Below are positions 62,395 to 64,000 of a stretch of DNA of 64,000 nt, in pieces. Origin of the DNA: Phyllosticta citribraziliensis (Eukaryota); NCBI RefSeq assembly GCF_038025025.1, contig NW_027117343.1, positions 434,001 through 498,000 on the forward strand. Reading direction: 5' to 3'. A program made the position numbers and the translations under genes. Positions within the stretch are counted from its first letter, which is position 1. Every line of letters starts with the position of its first letter. Below the pieces are notes generated by a model. It ran no database searches. It was not told the origin of the DNA and saw only the letters and a program-made list of their open reading frames with translations.

Positions 62395-64000
62395 TCAGTC
62401 CAAAAGACTCTGCTCACTCTGACTACGGCCATCCTTCCTCCTGCTGGCGCTGCCGCTGCCGCTGCCGCCACGCCCCGGAACGTACGTCTCAGTGTACTTG
62501 ACGCGGCCAGAAGCCGAAGGGCGGCTGTGGTAGACGCGGTCGCGAGTGGACGCCTCCGAAGGCAGAGGCGGCGACGGCGGTCCACTGAGCGGGGCCTCGT
62601 GGCCAATGCCCTCGTCTCCGAGGACCATGCGATCGAGATTGCGCTCCAACTCTTCTCTGAGGCGTTCGTCTTCCTCGGCTTCTCTGCTCTCGCGAGCGCT
62701 CTTGCGCGCCGCCGCCTGCTCCGCGTCGTGCTGGCGGACGTTGGCCGGGTACGCTTGCCAGGCCGCCACGGTGTTGACCTCGCTTTTCGGAGGAGCACTG
62801 TTGACGGCAGCGATTCGGGATGCTGGGGCCGAACCCAGGGTCTGCGATTGATTTGGCATGATGCCGGGCTTCGGGTCGTTCGGTCTGCCCAAGTGCGTGC
62901 CGGGCTTGAGGATGGCTCCGGCAGAGTTGCCGCCGGTTTTGATGCACTGCCTGCACTGGCAAGCGTCGCTACAGGGCTCCTGGCAGGTGTGGCCGCAAAT
63001 CAGATCGCGCAAGCAAGGGCGGGTACAGATGACGACTTCGTGTGGAAACCTGTACCTGTTAGCGTCATGAGGAGGTACTTTGGGTGATATGACTTACGGA
63101 TGGCAGCGCAGATGGCAGTTGTGACCACAAGGCAGCTTTCCCTGGCATTTCATCTCGCAGCCGCCATTCAAGTACTCAAAATCTTCGGGTCCTGCGAGGA
63201 AGGTCTTTCTGCCATGAGTCTTGCACATGACAGGCAAGTAGTAGCCCAGGCGCATCTGAGGATCAGTCTTCAATTTTGCGCCTGCTTTTCCCGCCATGAT
63301 CGTAATGACCTGCGCCCAAATCTTGCTTTCAGAAGCAAGAAGTTCGCCGTTGCCAAAGAGGTAGAAGCCTCTTCGGGCACGAGACAGTGCCACGCAGACC
63401 CGATTCTTGATGTCCAGAAAGCCCACGGTGCCCTTGTCATTGCTGCGCGCGAGCGACAAGATGACGACGTCATTTTCTTCGCCCTGGTAAGAATCAACGG
63501 TGACCACCTTGAAGTAGCGACCAATTCCTCGAAAGTTCGGACTAGAACGCAGTTTTTGAAGCAGCAGCTTGCGCTGGCCATTGTAGAAGGTCAGGACGGT
63601 GATATTGTCGGGTTCGATGCCGTTCATGTACAAGTACTCGTAAAACTTGACTACCATGCTGGCCTCCATGTCATTGCAAGTGGACATGGAGGAGTCCCTG
63701 CTTTCTTCCCACTCGTGGGTGAAGAAGAACGAGTTGACTCCTCCCATTCCAGGGACGGGCGGGCGATATTCCAGATCCTTGACAACGGGGTGATCGGCGA
63801 TGAGGTCGCCGTATATGGGCTGGAGCAGGCGGCGAACCTCTGGGATCATGCGCCGCTGTCTCCGAAGCGTATCGTACTCCACGCCGTTCTTGACGAGACG
63901 CTCAAAGAGAGACATGTTCAGGTTGAATGGTTCTTCTTCATATTCCCGGACCTGGCAGTGTGGCCTTAGCTGCTGATGGTCGCCGACCAGAATGAGATGC
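62395..64000 (-). CDS. 3' part of an Upf1-like SF1 helicase with NF-X1-type zinc fingers (Hrr1/ZNFX1-like); 5' end outside the window
   Basis: LILVGDHQQLRP, SLFERL, TVDSYQGEENDVVILSL and NRVCVALSRARRG, followed by CGHNCHLRCHP and CGHTCQEPC. Intron at about 63050-63097. Confidence 0.88.

Overview
Fungal (Pezizomycotina, probably Dothideomycete-like) genomic DNA with short GT-AG introns. No rRNA, tRNA, CRISPR array or recognisable transposase was found. From about 17.5 kb onward the window is mostly conserved housekeeping genes: Rsr1 GTPase, EMC1, an SDR, a lipocalin-like protein, a GPI-type PLC-like phosphodiesterase, SLC1, Cdc27/BimA, SND2, BXI1, dynein light intermediate chain, an Rgf3-type RhoGEF, MccB, Ssk1 and the 3' part of an Hrr1/ZNFX1-like helicase. 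It also holds a compact SDR + Ldh_2-family oxidoreductase + MFS transporter trio whose promoter is dense in CreA-type sites. The first ~15 kb looks accessory: a decayed ORF, an 89-bp repeat array with inverted flanking copies, a polyol-type transporter and an orphan O-methyltransferase. The most notable item is three co-oriented, highly diverged paralogous genes (10.0-14.6 kb) sharing an N-terminal domain I do not recognise. Gene models were read by eye; no database search was run.
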